A stretch of DNA of 64,000 bases from Anolis carolinensis (lineage: Eukaryota). The stretch covers positions 5,175,175-5,239,174 of the forward strand of contig NW_026943828.1 of assembly GCF_035594765.1 (NCBI RefSeq), written 5' to 3'. The position numbers and the translations under genes were made by a program. Shown one piece after another: positions 38,720-53,376 of this stretch. How positions within the stretch are numbered: the stretch's first letter is position 1; every line of letters starts with the position of its first letter. The notes under the pieces were generated by a model. The model did no database searches, was not told where the DNA came from, and was given only the letters and a program-made list of their open reading frames with translations.

Positions 38720-41125
38720 CGTTCCATTCTGGAAGTAATTATATTATCTAAAGGGAGTAGAATAATGAGAGATAAAAATTAACAGATAGAACGAGGCCTT
38801 TAGGCATTTATCCCTGTCGTTTGTTAGTTCAGCTGTGTGTCTATGAAGGTAACTGTTTCGCAGGTCTGTTTGTTTCTGATTTAGTTTTGTATCTCATGTA
38901 GTAGTTAGTTTCATGTGTAGTTGAAGCATTATATACAATTTCTGCCTTTTTTGTAATGTTGCTTTTAATCTCTCTTTTTTATTTATTTTTTGCCACAAAG
39001 AGGGGGATTTATAAGGGACAAAACTGCTGAAACTGTCAACTTGTTTTGTTCTGAACCCAAAGGTTTCCTGTTCTTTGGATGCCGAGTGTTCAGGGAAGAG
39101 TGGGGTCTGTGAGATCAGTGAGTAGAAAACATGACACAATTTAGATAATGGTTTGTGACACAACAACAACCCTTGTAGTAGTCAATGGGATATTCTGTAT
39201 GCCTTCTTTAATGTCAAGTAAGATATTGTGCTCAGATACAAAGATTTATAAAGGAAACACCACAATGGATATAAAACAATGGGAAGCGCGGGAAGCAGAT
39301 TATGTGTGCTCACCACACCTCACACAGATAGGACCACGTGTGCTATAAACATGGAAGATGTGATACATTCACACCAGATACAGGAATGGGATGTCTTGGT
39401 GTTACTACTGTTCAGCTAATGTTATGGTCTGATGGAAATATAATAGAACCCGATAAACAAACATTCGGTTGAAATGTAAATGTAACATAACCTTTGTTCA
39501 AGATGATGAAACTGGGAATTTGGTGTACGTGATGGAGAATGGAGACAGTGAAATAGACTTGAAGTTTAAAAAGTTATCCATAAATATAAGATAAGGAATT
39601 AATTTGGAAAAATTAAATATACTAGTAAAAACGAATCAGCAGGTGAAGAAACATTTGGAGAGTTATGAGGAAAGAAGTAAGAAAGGTTTTCTTAGGATCC
39701 AAGAGGTTGATGGAGAACGTCAGAGCGTGGCCGCAGAAGGAAGCAGCCCGACAGAACGTCACTGGTGTGATGAAATCAACGGATATTCACCCAAAGCGGC
39801 AGCAGCATGTTTACATCTATTGATGCACCCAATAGTAAGGTGAGGGCTACAAGGAGGGACTGATCGATTTTCTGTATTTGAAAACAAATTGCAATACTTA
39901 GAAACGCAATTGTGAACTGTGATGTATGTTGACTCTATTGAGAGGGTTGATGGGCCAAAGGGCCTGCATTTCTATTCTATTTCTATTCTATTTCTGATTG
40001 CTTTTAATTATGCATTATTAAGGTGTCTGCTTCAACTTATTCTATTAAAGATGCAACCTGCCTTCTTCCAGAGGAGAGGCAAGTGTCCGTATGTCGCCAC
40101 TATGTTTCCGGAACATCTTGTGGTCGGCCGATGTGGTTAATGTGGTTAAGCTACTTACTGGAACATAAGTGAACAACATGTTTTTCTACAAATGTTGTTC
40201 ATGATAAAGGAAGCACGCTTGCAACACTCTGTACTGCTCCAAAGAAATGAGGAACTTCTTAGTTGTAAACAAGTGCATTATATATTGAGCTTCATTTCCA
40301 ATGTTCTTCACGGCGGTCACCTTTGATTTGTCCGTCCGTCTATACTGCAGTATAATAAAGGTACTTGTTTTAAACTCTGTTGGGCTCAGATTGGATCCAT
40401 AGCGCTTTGACAAAGTTCCCGGTATTTAAATCTGTGTGAGCGGTTCGCTTTTCCGCTACATATAACTATATTAAACTGATTATATACATAGAATTGACAC
40501 TGAATCAGACATGTGATACAATAAAGTAGTATTGATGTATCCAGGGCGTGTGTGTAAGAAACGGGAGTGTGTTTGTGTGGGTGCTTGTGAAGAAAGAAGA
40601 AACGGGCCTCAAAAGAAAACGGAGTTCACGCAAAGCGTGACATGGGACGGACTTGGGCGGTGAAGAGTGAGGCTTGTCAGCTCCAACGGGATGGGAGGAA
40701 GGGGCTGCGCAGAAAGGCCGGGGGAGATGGCCTGAGGAGACGGAGTGGCCGCTGGAAGGCCGGAGCTAGCCTCTTGCCCCCCGGGGCTGGTGTGACCCAC
40801 TTGGATCGGGGGGGGGGGAGCTGCATTCAAGGGAGTGTGAGATCCTGCCCCCTCTCCTTCGGAAACTGCTTTTTCCCCAAAAATGCCTGCGAGTTGGTCC
40901 TCTCTCTCTCTCTTTCCTCCAGGCTGGTGCAGGCAGATGCTACAGAGAGTAAGGGATTTAGAGCAAATTGTAAGGCTTGTCAGCTCCAACTGTGTTGGTG
41001 TGGGTTAGTCTTCTTTGAAAGAGAGCCCAGGCACACAAGGGCTGAAGATCCCATACGGCTTTAATGTTCAGAATACAAGAGTCTGCTCCACTGCCTGTGT
41101 ATATAGGCCTAGCTACAGTATCATC

Positions 41126-41460
41126 AGGAGCCTCCGGTGGCTCAGTGTGTTAAAGCGCTGAGTTGCTGAACTTGCAGACCGAAAGGTCCCAGGTTCAAAT
41201 GCAGGGAGCAAAGTGAGTGCCCGCTGTTAGCTCCAGCTTCTGCCAACCTAGCAGTTCGAAAACATGCAAATGTGAGTACTACCTCAATAGGTACCGCTCC
41301 GGCGGGAAGGTAATGGCGTTCCATTAAGTCACGCCGGCCACATGACCTTGGAGGTGTCTATGGACAACGCCGGCTCTTTGGCTTAGAAATGGAGATGAGC
41401 ACCAACCCCCAGAGTCGGACACGACTGGACTTAACGTCAGGGGAAACCTTGACCTTTACC
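41126..41460 (+). mobile_element. Sauria SINE (duplicate of 20221-20552)
   Basis: Same sequence and flanks. Confidence 0.92.
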
Positions 41461-44400
41461 GTACCATCAATCACTCTAGAGTCCCTTTCCCCCCACCTCA
41501 GGGCAATTGGGTTTTATGGCTGGTTCATGTGTCCTATCCTCCCTTTTGGCCCATGGCCTTGTGCTCTCCGTCAGTGCTCTGTGTCCGGAGATGGCATGAG
41601 ATGGGGATCATGGCATCAGATTCTGATGAGTTGACTTGGGTTCATTTGAGTCAAGTTGGGTTCACTTGACTTGAGTTGGGTTCCATTGAGTTGTCCAAGA
41701 TTTGAGTTGTATTCATTTGGGTTCTGATGAGCTGGGTTGGGTTCCGATGAGTTGTCTTGGGTTCCATTGAGTTGAGTTGGATTCTGATGAGTTGAGTTCC
41801 GATGAGTTGTCCAAGGTTTGAATTGTATCCAGTTGGGTGTAAGGCTTGTCAGCTCCAACTGTGTGGTGTGGGTTAGTCTTCTTTTAAAGAGTAAACACAA
41901 GGGCTGGAGATACCTACGGCATTATTGTTCGGAATATAAGAGTCTGCTCTACTGCCCGTATATATAGGCTTAGCTACAGTATCAAATCACCCTGGAGTCC
42001 TGGCGCCTGGAGGTTGCCCATTCCCACCTTCCAGAGTCCCTTTTCCCCAACTCGGGGCAACTGAGTTTTATGGCTGGTTCATATGTCCTGTCCTCCCTTT
42101 TGGCCCATGGTCATGTGCTCTGTGCCAGCGCTTTGTGTCCGGAGATGGCATGAGATGGGGATCACAACATGAAGCGAGGAACCAACAAGGCGTCTCTCAC
42201 CTGGCAAGACGGAACGAGGGTCCAGTAAGGCGTATCCGAATAACAATGGTCAATAACGTGTGCAGGTGGGACCCCATAAGTCCTACAGCCTGAGATGGAG
42301 AATGTTTTGAAACCATGCCATAAGAACGGAAGGAACAGCACGTTCCCCGAAAGAAGGACTAAATCAAATGCTTCAAAGATTCACAACGCTTTTTCAGAAC
42401 TGCGGCTACGGAGCGTCCACACCTGTCGGGAGAACCTGATCACCTCTTCCGGGCAGGGTCTGTGTGTGTGAGTATGGATGTATGCATGTGCGTGTGGGTG
42501 AGAGCTCTCTCTAGATGTGATTTTGATAGGATTCTGATGTGATGATCAATAAATGTTACATGAAAAGTGTTAAAACCAAATTTGGTCTCTAAAAGCGCCT
42601 CACTGATCCCTCTGCTGCTGCTCAGTCGTTTAGTCGCCTCCGACTCTTCGTGACCTCATGGACCAGCCCAGGCCAGAGCTCCCTGTCGGCCGTCACCGCC
42701 CCCAGTCCCTTCAAGGTCAAGCCAGTCACTTCAAGGACACCGTCCATCCATCTCGCCCTTGGTTGGCCTCTCTTCCTTTTTCCTTCCATTTTCCCCAGCA
42801 TCGTGATCTATTCCAAGCTTTCCTGTCTCCTCATGATGTGGCCAAAATACTTCAGCTTTGCTTCTAATATCCTTCCCTCCAGTGAGCAGCCACTGGGCAT
42901 TATTTCCTGGAGGACAGACTGGTCGGATCTTCTTGCCAAGGTCCAAGGCACTCTCAGGATTTTCCTCACGATTCCCTAAACACTCTGCATCCATCAAAAG
43001 AACAGGAACCCTTTGGGTTCGTAACACTGGTATTATTATTCTATTACAGTAGAGTCTCACTTATCCAACATAAACGGGCCGGCAGAATGTTGGATAAGCG
43101 AATATGTTGGATAATAAGGAGGGATTGAGGAAAAGCCTATTAAACATCAAATTAGGTTATGATTTTTAAAATTAAGCACCAAAACAACAAATTTGATAGA
43201 AAAAGTAGTTCAACACGCAGTAATGATAGGTAGTAATTACTGTATTTACGAATTTAGCACCAAAATATCACAATGTATTGAAAACATTTACTACAAAAAT
43301 GCGTTGGATAATCCAGTACGTTGGATAAGTGAGACTACTGTAATATGTTTATATTATTGTTATATTACTATATTCTATTATTGTATTTTATTATTATATT
43401 ATTTATTGTAGGATTATTCTATATTATATTCTTTATTTTTCTAATCTATTTTCATATTATTATATTGTTCTGTTGTTTCTTCGTTCGGTCCCTTCCGATT
43501 CTTGGTGACCTCCTGGACCAGCCCAGGCCAGAGCTCCCTGTCGGCCCAGGCCACCCGCACCTCCTTCAAGGTGGAGTTAATTTCTTCAAGGATACCATCC
43601 ACCCACCTTGCTCTTGGTCAGCCTCTCTTCCTTTTTCCTTCCATTTTCCCCAGCATCGTGATCTATTCCAAGCTTTCCTGTCTTCTCATGATGTGGCCAA
43701 AGGGCTTCACCTTTGCCTCTCATCTGCTTCCCTCCCGTGAGCAGTCAGTCGGGCCTTCTTTCCTGGCGGATGGACTGGTTGGACCTTCTCGCGGTCCAAG
43801 GCACTCTCAGGACTTTCCTCCAACACCACAGTTCTTCCTTCGCTCAGCCTTCCTTATGGCCCAGCTCTCTCTCACATCCAGAGGTCACTACTGGGAATAC
43901 CATTGCCTTAGCTACGTGGACTTTCGTTGCCAGTGTGATGCCTCTACGTAAAGGGAAAGGTTTTCCCCTGATGTTAAGTCCGGTCGTGTCTGACTCTGGG
44001 GGTTGGTGCTCATCTCCATTTCTAAGCCAAAGAGCCAACGTTCGTAGACGCCTCCAAGGTCCTGTGGTCACTGGCATGACTGCATGGAGCACCAATGATA
44101 CATTCCTGCCGGAACGATACCTATTGATCTACTCACATTTGCATGTTTCCGAACTGCTAGGTTGGCAGAAGCTGGGGCTGGAATGGTCACTACCCTCACC
44201 CAAACCCCTCCAGTCATCAAATCTCGGCCTATCAGGTCTGTGTGCCAAGTTGGGCCCAGATCCCTCCGTGTTTGGGTTCACGGTGCTCTCTGGGTGGAGG
44301 TGAACTACAACTCCCCCAAATCAAGGTTAATTCCCCCCAAAGGCCTCCAGTATTTTTGCTGGTCACGGGGGTTCTGTGGGCCAAGTGAGTTCCAGGTCCA

Positions 44401-45524
44401 TCGTTGGTGGAGTTCAGAGGGCTCATTGGTTGCAGGTGAACTGTACATCCCAGTCCCTACAACTCATAGAAACCATGATGAATTCTCCCCAGAGCCCCCC
44501 CCCCCAGTATGTTCTGCTGCTGACCAGTTCCTCTGTTTGCTGTGCGCCATAGAAAAGGATAGGACATAGAAGGGAATTGGCATGGCCCCGCCCACTGCCT
44601 CTCCCTTAACCCTTTCCTATTCTTTCCTGTGGCACACAGCAACTGGAGATTGAGGTTTGGGGAGTCCTGACCCTGACTGAGAGGAGTCGTAGGGAGTGGA
44701 ACGTATAGTTCTGCTGCAATCCAAGAGCCCTGTGAACGCCAACAACGAAGGGCCTGGGACTCACTTGGCACACAGACCCAACACGGCCACCTTGGCATCC
44801 CGGGCCGGGCTGTGGTGCAGCCGGTTAGTAGCCATCTGCAATAAATCACGACTGACTGAGAGGTTGTGGGATCGAAGGCCGGGTCAGATTGAGTTCCCGA
44901 CCATTAAGAGCCTGGCTCGCTGCTCACGTAAGCAGCTTGAAAGACAGTTGCATCTGTGGAGTAGGGCCCGGGCTGTGGCGCAGGCTGGTGAGCAGCCAGC
45001 TGCAACAAATCACTCTGACCAAGAGGTCATGAGTTCGAGGCCAGCTCGGAGCCTGCGTTTGTCTTTGTTCTATGTCAAGGCATTGAATGTTTGCCATATA
45101 TGTGTTCATTGTAATCCGCTCTGAGTCCCCTTCGGGGTGAGAAGGGCGGAATATAAATACTGTAAATAAATACATAAATAAATAAATAAATTCTAGGTAC
45201 CGCTTTAACATGGCTGTTCTGTTGTGCTTTTGAGTAGACAAGTCTGTTATAACCTGGTCCATGTCTACACTGAAACTTGCCCTGCTCACTTTTGAGTTTG
45301 ATTCCCGTTCAGATTTATCTTCCTTACCGGTTGTATCTATTTGATGTATGTCCTATTTGTAAATTGGACCTTTAATGCCCGGATGATTGTTTAACATTTT
45401 AACTTTGTCGATTTTAACTATGACCTGTTTAAATTGTTTTTAAATTGTGTTGTCTGATGTCTAAATTGTTATTTTATGATTTTATGTGATTATATTGGGC
45501 TTGTTCCCCAATATAATAAAATAA

Positions 45525-47052
45525 ATTTATTATTATTATTGTTATTGACACAACAACATTGTATGACACAACAAACAAGATAGATATGCTGGATTTCGTG
45601 TCGCAAAATCCCAAGTCGAACCCTTCCCAAGTGTCTAAGACTGTGTGATGTATTTTCAGATGATGCACGCAGATCCCAGTCGGGTGGCCTTTTGCAGTTG
45701 GCAGATCGTGAGTTTGTCAATGTCTATTGTTTCCAAATGCCGGCTGAGATCTTATGGCACGGCACCCAGTGTGCCCATCACCACTGGGACCACTTGCACT
45801 GGTTTCTGCCAGAGTCTTTGAAGTTCAGTCTTGAGGTCCTGAGAGCGGCTGAGTTTTTCCTGTTGTTTTTCGTCAATGCGACCGTCACCTGGGATGGCAA
45901 CATCCATGAACCAAACCTTTTTCTTTTCCACAACTGTGATGTCTGGTGTGTTGTGTTCCAGAACTTTGTCAGTCTGGATTCGGAAGTCCCACAGTATCTT
46001 TGCGTGTTCATTTTCCACAACCTTTGCAGGTTTGTGATCCCACCAGTTCTTTGCTGCTGGCAGGTGGTACTTGAGACATAAGTTCCAATGAATCCTTTGG
46101 GCCACATAGTTGTGCCTCTGTTTGTAGCCTGTCTGTGCGATTTTCTTACAGCAGCTGAGGATATGATCCATGGTTTCGTTGGTTTCCTTGCACAGTCTGC
46201 ATTTTGGGTTATCAGCTGATTTTTCGATCTTGGCCTTAATTGCATTTGTTCTGATGGCTTGCTCCTGGGCTGCAAGCCTTCTGTCTCCTTCTTCAGGGTC
46301 CCATTCATGGTCTTCTCCTTGTCAGCTTTTCCTTCAATTTTGTCAAGGAACTTTCCATGCCATGTTTTGTTGTGCCAGCTGTCAGCTCTAGTTTGTAGTG
46401 CGGTTTTCTTGTACTGATTCTTTGTCTGCTGTGCTTTGAGGAGTTTCTGATTTTTGACTTCAATCAAAGCAGGTTCTTCACTTTGCTTTACATCTTCTGC
46501 CAGGGCATGTTCTTCTTCTTTGACGGCTTGTTTTACTTGCAAGAGTCCTCTGCCCCCTGATCTTCGAGGCAGATACAGCCGGTCAACATCACTGCGAGGG
46601 TGCAGTGAATGATGAATGGTCATGAGTTTTCTTGTTTTTCTGTCCAAATTGTCCAGTTCCATCTGTGTCCAATTTATAATGCCAGCAGTATATCTTATGA
46701 CAGGTATGACCCAGGTGTTTGTGGCCTTGATGGTGTTGCCTCCATTGAGCTTGCTTTTGAGAATTTTTCTGGCCCTTTGTGTGTATTCTTTGCTGACCAC
46801 AGTCTTCACATGTTCATGCTTGATGTTGTCCAGGTGTAATATGCCCAGATATTTATAGGCCTCTGGCTGGTGACACTTTATTGTTTGGCCATTAGTCATA
46901 TTCATGCCCTCACTTTCAATGATTTTTCCCTTCTTCAATGCCACTGTCGAACATTTGTCCAAACCAAGCTCCATGCTGATATCAGTGCTAAAAATTCGGA
47001 CAGTGTTGGTCAGAGACTGGATTTCAGTTTCTGTTTTCCCATACAGCTTCAT
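45525..47052 (-). mobile_element. 5'-truncated R4/Dong LINE (RT C-terminus, CCHC finger, REL endonuclease), frameshifted, in a TAA microsatellite
   Basis: KLYGK...GLDKC...YKYLG...RLYLPRRSGGRGL; CRLC...DHILSCC...RHN...PD...DVAIP; (TAA)n on both sides. Confidence 0.9.
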
Positions 47053-49451
47053 CATCATCATCATCATTATTATTATTATTATTATATAATTATATTATGA
47101 TAATGGATTTCCTGTCCTGCCCCTCCTCTGGTCCTGCCCACCAGCTGAGCTCTCCCTCCCCCCTCCCTCCCTGGATGGCTGTTCCGTGCCTGCAGGGGGC
47201 GCCATGGAGACCCTTGTGATGCGCTGCAGCATCTCCCCCTGAAGGCCATTCCCTTCGGAAGCTCACTTTCCCTTTCACAGCAGGAAGGCAGGCAGTCGGT
47301 GTCTCTCTCCACTGATTCATGCTCCTTGCCCTTTGCTTTTGCAGCCTGTCGCTGTGTCGCCCGGTTGGGTCCACATCCCGGTGAGTCTTCTTCGCTCCTC
47401 GTGTGGGGAGGAGGGGAGGAGCAGAGGGACCTAGACGGGGGGAGGGTGTCCCTCTTGGTTCTCTTGTACCTCTCAGCTGCCTTATTTATTTCGTGTCAAA
47501 AGCATTGCATAATAAATAAATTTAACAGTGATAAAATAAAGGAAATCACAAGCAGCTAAATAGTTTTAGACCAAACGCAGGCAACAGCAACCGCATTGTC
47601 CGTAGCTTTAAACAACTCCTCCTCCGTGCATGAGGCAGGGCATTGTGGGCAAGCATACAGCATACAGCAAGGGTTCCTGTTCTTTTGATGGATGCAGAGT
47701 GTTTAGGGAATCGTGATGGATCAATGAGGCTCAGAGACCAAATTTGGTTTTAACACTTTCATTGTAACATTTATTGATAATCACATCACAATCCTATCAA
47801 AATCACATCCCGAGAGAGCTCTCACCCACACGCAGATCCACACATCCATATTCTCAAGCACAGGCCCTGCTCGGAAGAGGTGATCACGTTCTCCCGACAG
47901 ACGTGGTCTCGGCGATTCCGGCAAGCGTGCTGGATCTTTGAGGCCCCTGCATTTGATAGGCTAAAGCAGGGGTCCCCAAACAAAGGCCCGTGGGCCAGAT
48001 GCGGCCCCCAAGGTCATTGACCTGGCCCCTGTCCTAAGCTTTAGACTTGGGGTTGTCCTAAGTCTGAAATGACTTGAAGGCACACAACAACAACAATCCT
48101 AATTTTGGACTATTTCTTCATAGTCCAGCCCCCCCAATAGTCTGAAGGACCGTGAACCGGCCCTCCACTTCAAAAGTTTGAGGACCTCTGGCCTAAAGTT
48201 TCGTCCTTCTTTCGGTTCCTTCTGTTCTTACGGCCTGGTTTCAAAACATGCTCAGTCTCAGGCTGCATGACGTATGGGGTGCCAGCTGCACACTTCATTG
48301 CCCGTGGTTATTCGGATAGGCCTTCCTGGACCCTCGTTCCGTCTTGCCAGGTGAGAGACGCCTTGCTGATTCCTTGCTTCACCCGCCAAGTCCATCCCAT
48401 GTCAGACTCTGCGTGGACTCCATTTTCTTTTGAGGCCTGTTTCTTCTGTTCTTCACAAGCACCCACACAAACACTCCAGTTCCTTACACACACACCCTTG
48501 ATACATCAAGACTAATTTATTGTATACATGTCTGATTCAGTGTCAATTATATGTCTATAATCCATTTTATATAGTTATATAGTTAACATGCACCACAATT
48601 CATAATAGCGGTTCTAAGCATTACAATTTGTTTTCAAATACAGAAAATCGATAAGTCAGCCATTTCTACCCTCCTCTCCAGTTTCAGCCGTTTTGACCCT
48701 TATAAATCACCCTATTTTTTGAAAATAAAAAAATTAAAAGTAACAATACAAGGAAGGCAGAAATAATTTATAATGCTTCAACTGAACATGAAACTAACTA
48801 CTACATGAGATACAAAACTAAATCAGAAACTAACACACTTGCAAAACAGTGACCTACACACACAACTGAACTAACAAACAGACAGGGATACGTGCCTAAA
48901 AGCCTCATTATATCTGTTAATTTTTATCTCTCATTATTCTACTCCCTTTAGATAATATCATATAACACTTCTATTTGTTATAACACTTTTCCAATTAATA
49001 CCTATTACAACTGACATTTGCCCATGTTGTTGTTGTCAGTTTGTTCGTTGTGGCTAATTTGCAGATCTTCATAAGCCATTGTTTTTGCTTTGGAATAAAA
49101 CATTCCTTCCATCCCTGTGTACAGTCAATTCTTACTTGAGTATCTCGCAGTAACTACTCATGCTTCATTCTAATTGATCATCCAACATTCTCAGCATATA
49201 AAACTCTAGTTTCATGTAACCTTGTTTACTTCCAGAATGGAACATATTTTAGTTCAATCTTTCTACAATACACCACATGTGATGAAATGTCCCAACTTTA
49301 AGCTTGAATTTCCAAAATGTGCAAGAGTTGCTTTTGTACATGTTAGAATGACACTCTGGGGTCAATTAACATCATTCTCTCCAGGTTGAATTCTATGATG
49401 TCCATGTATAACCTTATTCCATGAAAGGCTCTATCCACACTCCATGCATTT

Positions 49452-50813
49452 CTACGGTGTCTCCCCAGTGTGAGTCCTTTGATGTGAACGTAAAGTTCCA
49501 CTCTGAGCAAAGCTCTGTCCACACTCCAGGCATTTATAAGGTTTCTCCCAAGTGTGAGTCCTTTGATGTGAGTGTAGATTTGACCTATGAGTGAAGCTCT
49601 GTCCACACTCAAGGCATGTATAGGGTTTCTCCCCAGTGTGAGTCCTTTGATGTGAACGTAAAGTTCCACTCTGAGCAAAGCTCTGTCCACACTCCAGGCA
49701 TTTATAGGTTTTCTCCCCAGTGTGAGTCCTTTGATGTAAGTGTAGATTTGACCTATGAGTGAAGCTCTGTCCACACTCAAGGCATGTATAGGGTTTCTCC
49801 CCAGTGTGAGTCCTTTCATGTGAATGTAAGTGTCCCTTCTGAGCAAAGCTCTGTCCACACTCCAGGCAGTTATAGGGTTTCTCCCCAGTGTGAGTCCTTT
49901 GATGTGTACGTAGGCCTGAACTATGAGTGAAGCTTTGTCCACACTCCAGACAGTTATAGGGTTTCTCCCCAGTGTGAGTCCTTTGATGTCTACGTAGGCC
50001 TGAACTCTGAGTGAAGCTCTGTCCACACTCCAGGCAGTTATAGGGTTTCTCTCCAGTGTGAGTCCTTTGATGTCTACGTAGTCCTGAACTATGAATGAAG
50101 CTCTGTCCGCACTCAAGGCAATTATAGGGTTTCTCCCCACTGTGAGTCCTTTGATGTGAATGTAATTGTCCCTTCTGAGTAAAGCTCTGTCCACACTTCA
50201 GGCAGTTATAGGGTTTATCCACAGTGTGAGTCCTTTGATGTCTACGTAGGCCTGAACTACGAGTAAAGCTTTGTCCACACTCCAGGCATTTATAGGGTTT
50301 CTCCCCAGTGTGAGTCCTTTGATGTCTGCGTAGGCCTGAACTATGAGTGAAGCTCTGTCCACACTCCAGGCATTTATAGGGTTTCTCCCCAGTGTGAGTC
50401 CTTTGATGTGTATGTAAGCTTCCCTTCTGAGCAAAGCTCTGTCCACACTCCAGGCAGTTATAGGGTTTCTCCCCAGTGTGAATCCTTTGATGTGAACATA
50501 GGCCTGAACTATGGGTGAAGTTCTGTCCACACTCCAGGCATGTATAGGGTTTCTCCCCAGTGTGAATCCTTTGATGTGAATGTAAGCTTCCCTTCTGAGT
50601 GAAGCTCTGTCCACACTCCAGGCAGTTATAGGGTTTCTCCCCAGTGTGAGTCCTTTGATGTGAATGTAAGTGTCCCTTCTGAGTGAAGCTCTGTCCACAC
50701 TCCAGGCAGTTATAGGGTTTCTCCCCAGAGTGAGTCCTTTGATGTGTCTTCAGTTTTCCATGCTGACTAAACGTCTTTCCACATTCGATACATTTATATG
50801 CTTTCTCCTCCAT
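49452..50813 (-). CDS. C2H2 zinc-finger protein ZF4, 16 fingers (recent duplicate of ZF2)
   Basis: Same protein as ZF2 except fingers 10-11 are absent, one helix differs and one linker has G>W. Confidence 0.92.
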   Translation of the reverse strand: MEEKAYKCIECGKTFSQHGKLKTHQRTHSGEKPYNCLECGQSFTQKGHLHSHQRTHTGEKPYNCLECGQSFTQKGSLHSHQRIHTGEKPYTCLECGQNFTHSSGLCSHQRIHTGEKPYNCLECGQSFAQKGSLHTHQRTHTGEKPYKCLECGQSFTHSSGLRRHQRTHTGEKPYKCLECGQSFTRSSGLRRHQRTHTVDKPYNCLKCGQSFTQKGQLHSHQRTHSGEKPYNCLECGQSFIHSSGLRRHQRTHTGEKPYNCLECGQSFTQSSGLRRHQRTHTGEKPYNCLECGQSFTHSSGLRTHQRTHTGEKPYNCLECGQSFAQKGHLHSHERTHTGEKPYTCLECGQSFTHRSNLHLHQRTHTGEKTYKCLECGQSFAQSGTLRSHQRTHTGEKPYTCLECGQSFTHRSNLHSHQRTHTWEKPYKCLECGQSFAQSGTLRSHQRTHTGETP

Positions 50814-50889
50814 GTCAACAGAGTTATGTGCTATGTACATTTAATTCCAATATGGACACTTGATTCTTGTTTTTCCCTTTCTGATCACT

Positions 50890-51134
50890 CACAGCAGTAG
50901 GTTCAAATAACAGGAAAGTAGATTCCATCTGAACATTAAGAAGAACTTCCTGACTGTAAGAGCTGTTCGGCAGTGAAACTCTCTGCCTCAAAATGTAGTG
51001 GAGGCTCCTCTGGAATCCTTTAACCAGAGGCCAGATGCACATCTGTCAGGGGTCCTTTGCACTTTCCTTGCACGGCAGAGGCCTGGATTGGGTGCCTCCT
51101 GCAGTCTCTTCCGACTCTTCCGTTCTGCTCTATA
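50890..51134 (+). mobile_element. CR1 3' fragment, antisense to ZF4
   Basis: Duplicate of 31268-31512. Confidence 0.85.
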
Positions 51135-51965
51135 ATCCAAAGTGAATGTAGGAATTCAGCAAGATCACAAAGTCAGTGTTTTAATTGTCCAAAACTCATA
51201 AGACTGTGGGTGAACTACAACTCCCATCATGCCAAGTTAACCCCCAGAAACTCCATCAATACTTCCAAGTTTGTATGTTGGGTAAGTTAGCTCTTGACGC
51301 ATCACGAGTGGGGTCCAGTGTGCTTACTGGCTGTAGGGTGAACTACAACTCCCACCATGGTGAGTCTGTCCCCTCCAACTCCTCCAGTAGGTTGAGTTAC
51401 ATGGGGTTCCATGTGCCAAGTGTGGTCCAGATCCATCATCTGTGGAGGTCGCAGTTTCCGTGGTTGTGGGTGAACTACAACTCCCAGAAAGGAAGATCAG
51501 TCCCTCCAAACCCCTCCAGTAATCACATCTCGGCATATCAGGTCCGTGTGCCAAGTCTGGTCAAGATCCATCCGTGTTTGGGTTCACAGTCCTCTCTGGA
51601 TGCAGGTGAACTACAACTCCCCCAAATCAAGGTGAATTCCCCCCAAAGACCTCCAGTATTTTTTGCTGGTCATGGGGGTTCTGTTTGCCAAGTTAGTTCC
51701 AGGTCAATTGTTGGTGGAGTTCAGAGTCCTCATTGATTGTTGGTGAACTATACATTCCAATATGGGTGAACTATAACTCTTGGAAGTCGAGGTCAATCGC
51801 CCCCAAACCCCATCAGTATGCAAAGTTGGCCGTGTTGGGCCTGTGTGCCAAGTGAGTTCCAGGTCCATCATTGGTGGGGTTCAGAGTGCAGTTCTTAGAT
51901 GGCAGGTGAACTATACATCCCAGTCCCTACAACTCCTCTAAATCAGGGCCAGTTCTCCCCAGACA

Positions 51966-52002
<37 letters not shown>

Positions 52003-52501
52003 GTCTGTTCAGCTGCTGATCAATTCCTCTGTTTGCTGTGTGCCGAAGGGAGGGGGGAGGGAGGGAGGAGGGAAAATATAAAAATATATTATTATAAAAA
52101 TAATAGTATAATATCATAAAAAGAATACAATAATATATAATAAAATATTATAATTATTTTTAATATTATATCATGATTACAATTTGACTTTGGTCAAAGC
52201 ACAGGGTTGTATAGGGGTAGATTTGCGTGAAGCCGAAATGAGTGCATCGATGACAAATCGGATAGGATACTTATATCATTATATTATGATAAAATAATAA
52301 TAATATATTAATAATCATACGATAATGTAAAATTGTAATATAGTATAATATATAATAAAGTATATTGTGAAAAAGAAATCTAATATAATATTACATTATT
52401 TGATAATAATAACATAATATACTAATACAATATAACACTATAATAATAAAAATAATATATAATAAACTATAGTATAGTAATTGTAATATATTATAATGAA
52501 G

Positions 52502-52804
52502 AAGCCCCTGGTGGTGCAGTGGGTTAAACTGCTGAGCTGCTAAACTTCCGGACTGAAAGGTGAGTGGTTGAATCCAGGGAGTGGGGTGAGCTCCCGCTGT
52601 TAGCCCCAGTTTCCGCCAACCTAGCACTTTGAAAACATGGAAACGTGAGTAAATCAATAGGTACTGCTACGTGTGGCCACATGACTCTTGGAGGCACGGA
52701 CAACGCCGGCTCTTTCTTCGGCTCAGAAATTGAGGCGAGCCCCCCCCCACCCCCCCAAAGCTGGACACAACTGGGCTCAACACCAGGGGAAAACCTTTAC
52801 CCTT
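52502..52804 (+). mobile_element. Sauria SINE, diverged
   Basis: tRNA-like head and body similarity. Confidence 0.8.
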
Positions 52805-53044
52805 AAATATATTATATTATTGCATATTCATATTACTATTATTATTCTATTATTGCGTTATTGTGTAATTATATTGTCATGTTCTATTACTCTATCTTCA
52901 TATTATTCTATTTTATTCTGTTACTTTATAATTTTCACTCCTTGCCCTTTGGCCCAGTTCACTCTCGTTCAATTCCTTTGTACTGTTTTTATACCATGTT
53001 TTATGATGCTATTGTTACTATTTTATTGCTTTACTATATTACGA

Positions 53045-53376
53045 GGAGCCCCGGTGGCGCAGTGTGTTAAAGCACCGAGCTGCTGAACTTGCAGACCGAA
53101 AGGTCCCAGGTTCAAATCCCGGGAGCGGAATGAGCGCCCGCTGTAAGACCCAGCTACTGCAAACCTAGCAGTTCGAAAACATGCCAACGTGAGTAGATCA
53201 ATAGGTACCGCTCCGGTGGGAAGGTAACAGCGCTCCATGCAGTCATGCCAGTGGCCACATGACCTTGGAGGTGTCTACGGACAATGCCGGCTCTTTGGCT
53301 TAGAAATGGAGATGAGCCCCAACCCCCAGAGTCGGTCACGACTGGACTTAACGTCAGGGGAAACCTTGACCTTTAC
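53045..53376 (+). mobile_element. Sauria SINE, full length
   Basis: A/B boxes, body and ACCTTT tail. Confidence 0.92.

Larger units (their letters stand above)
38900..47660 (+). repeat. Segmental duplication block A, second copy
   Basis: Colinear with 17105-26035. Confidence 0.95.
47670..52345 (+). repeat. Segmental duplication block B, second copy
   Basis: Colinear with 27870-32725. Confidence 0.96.
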
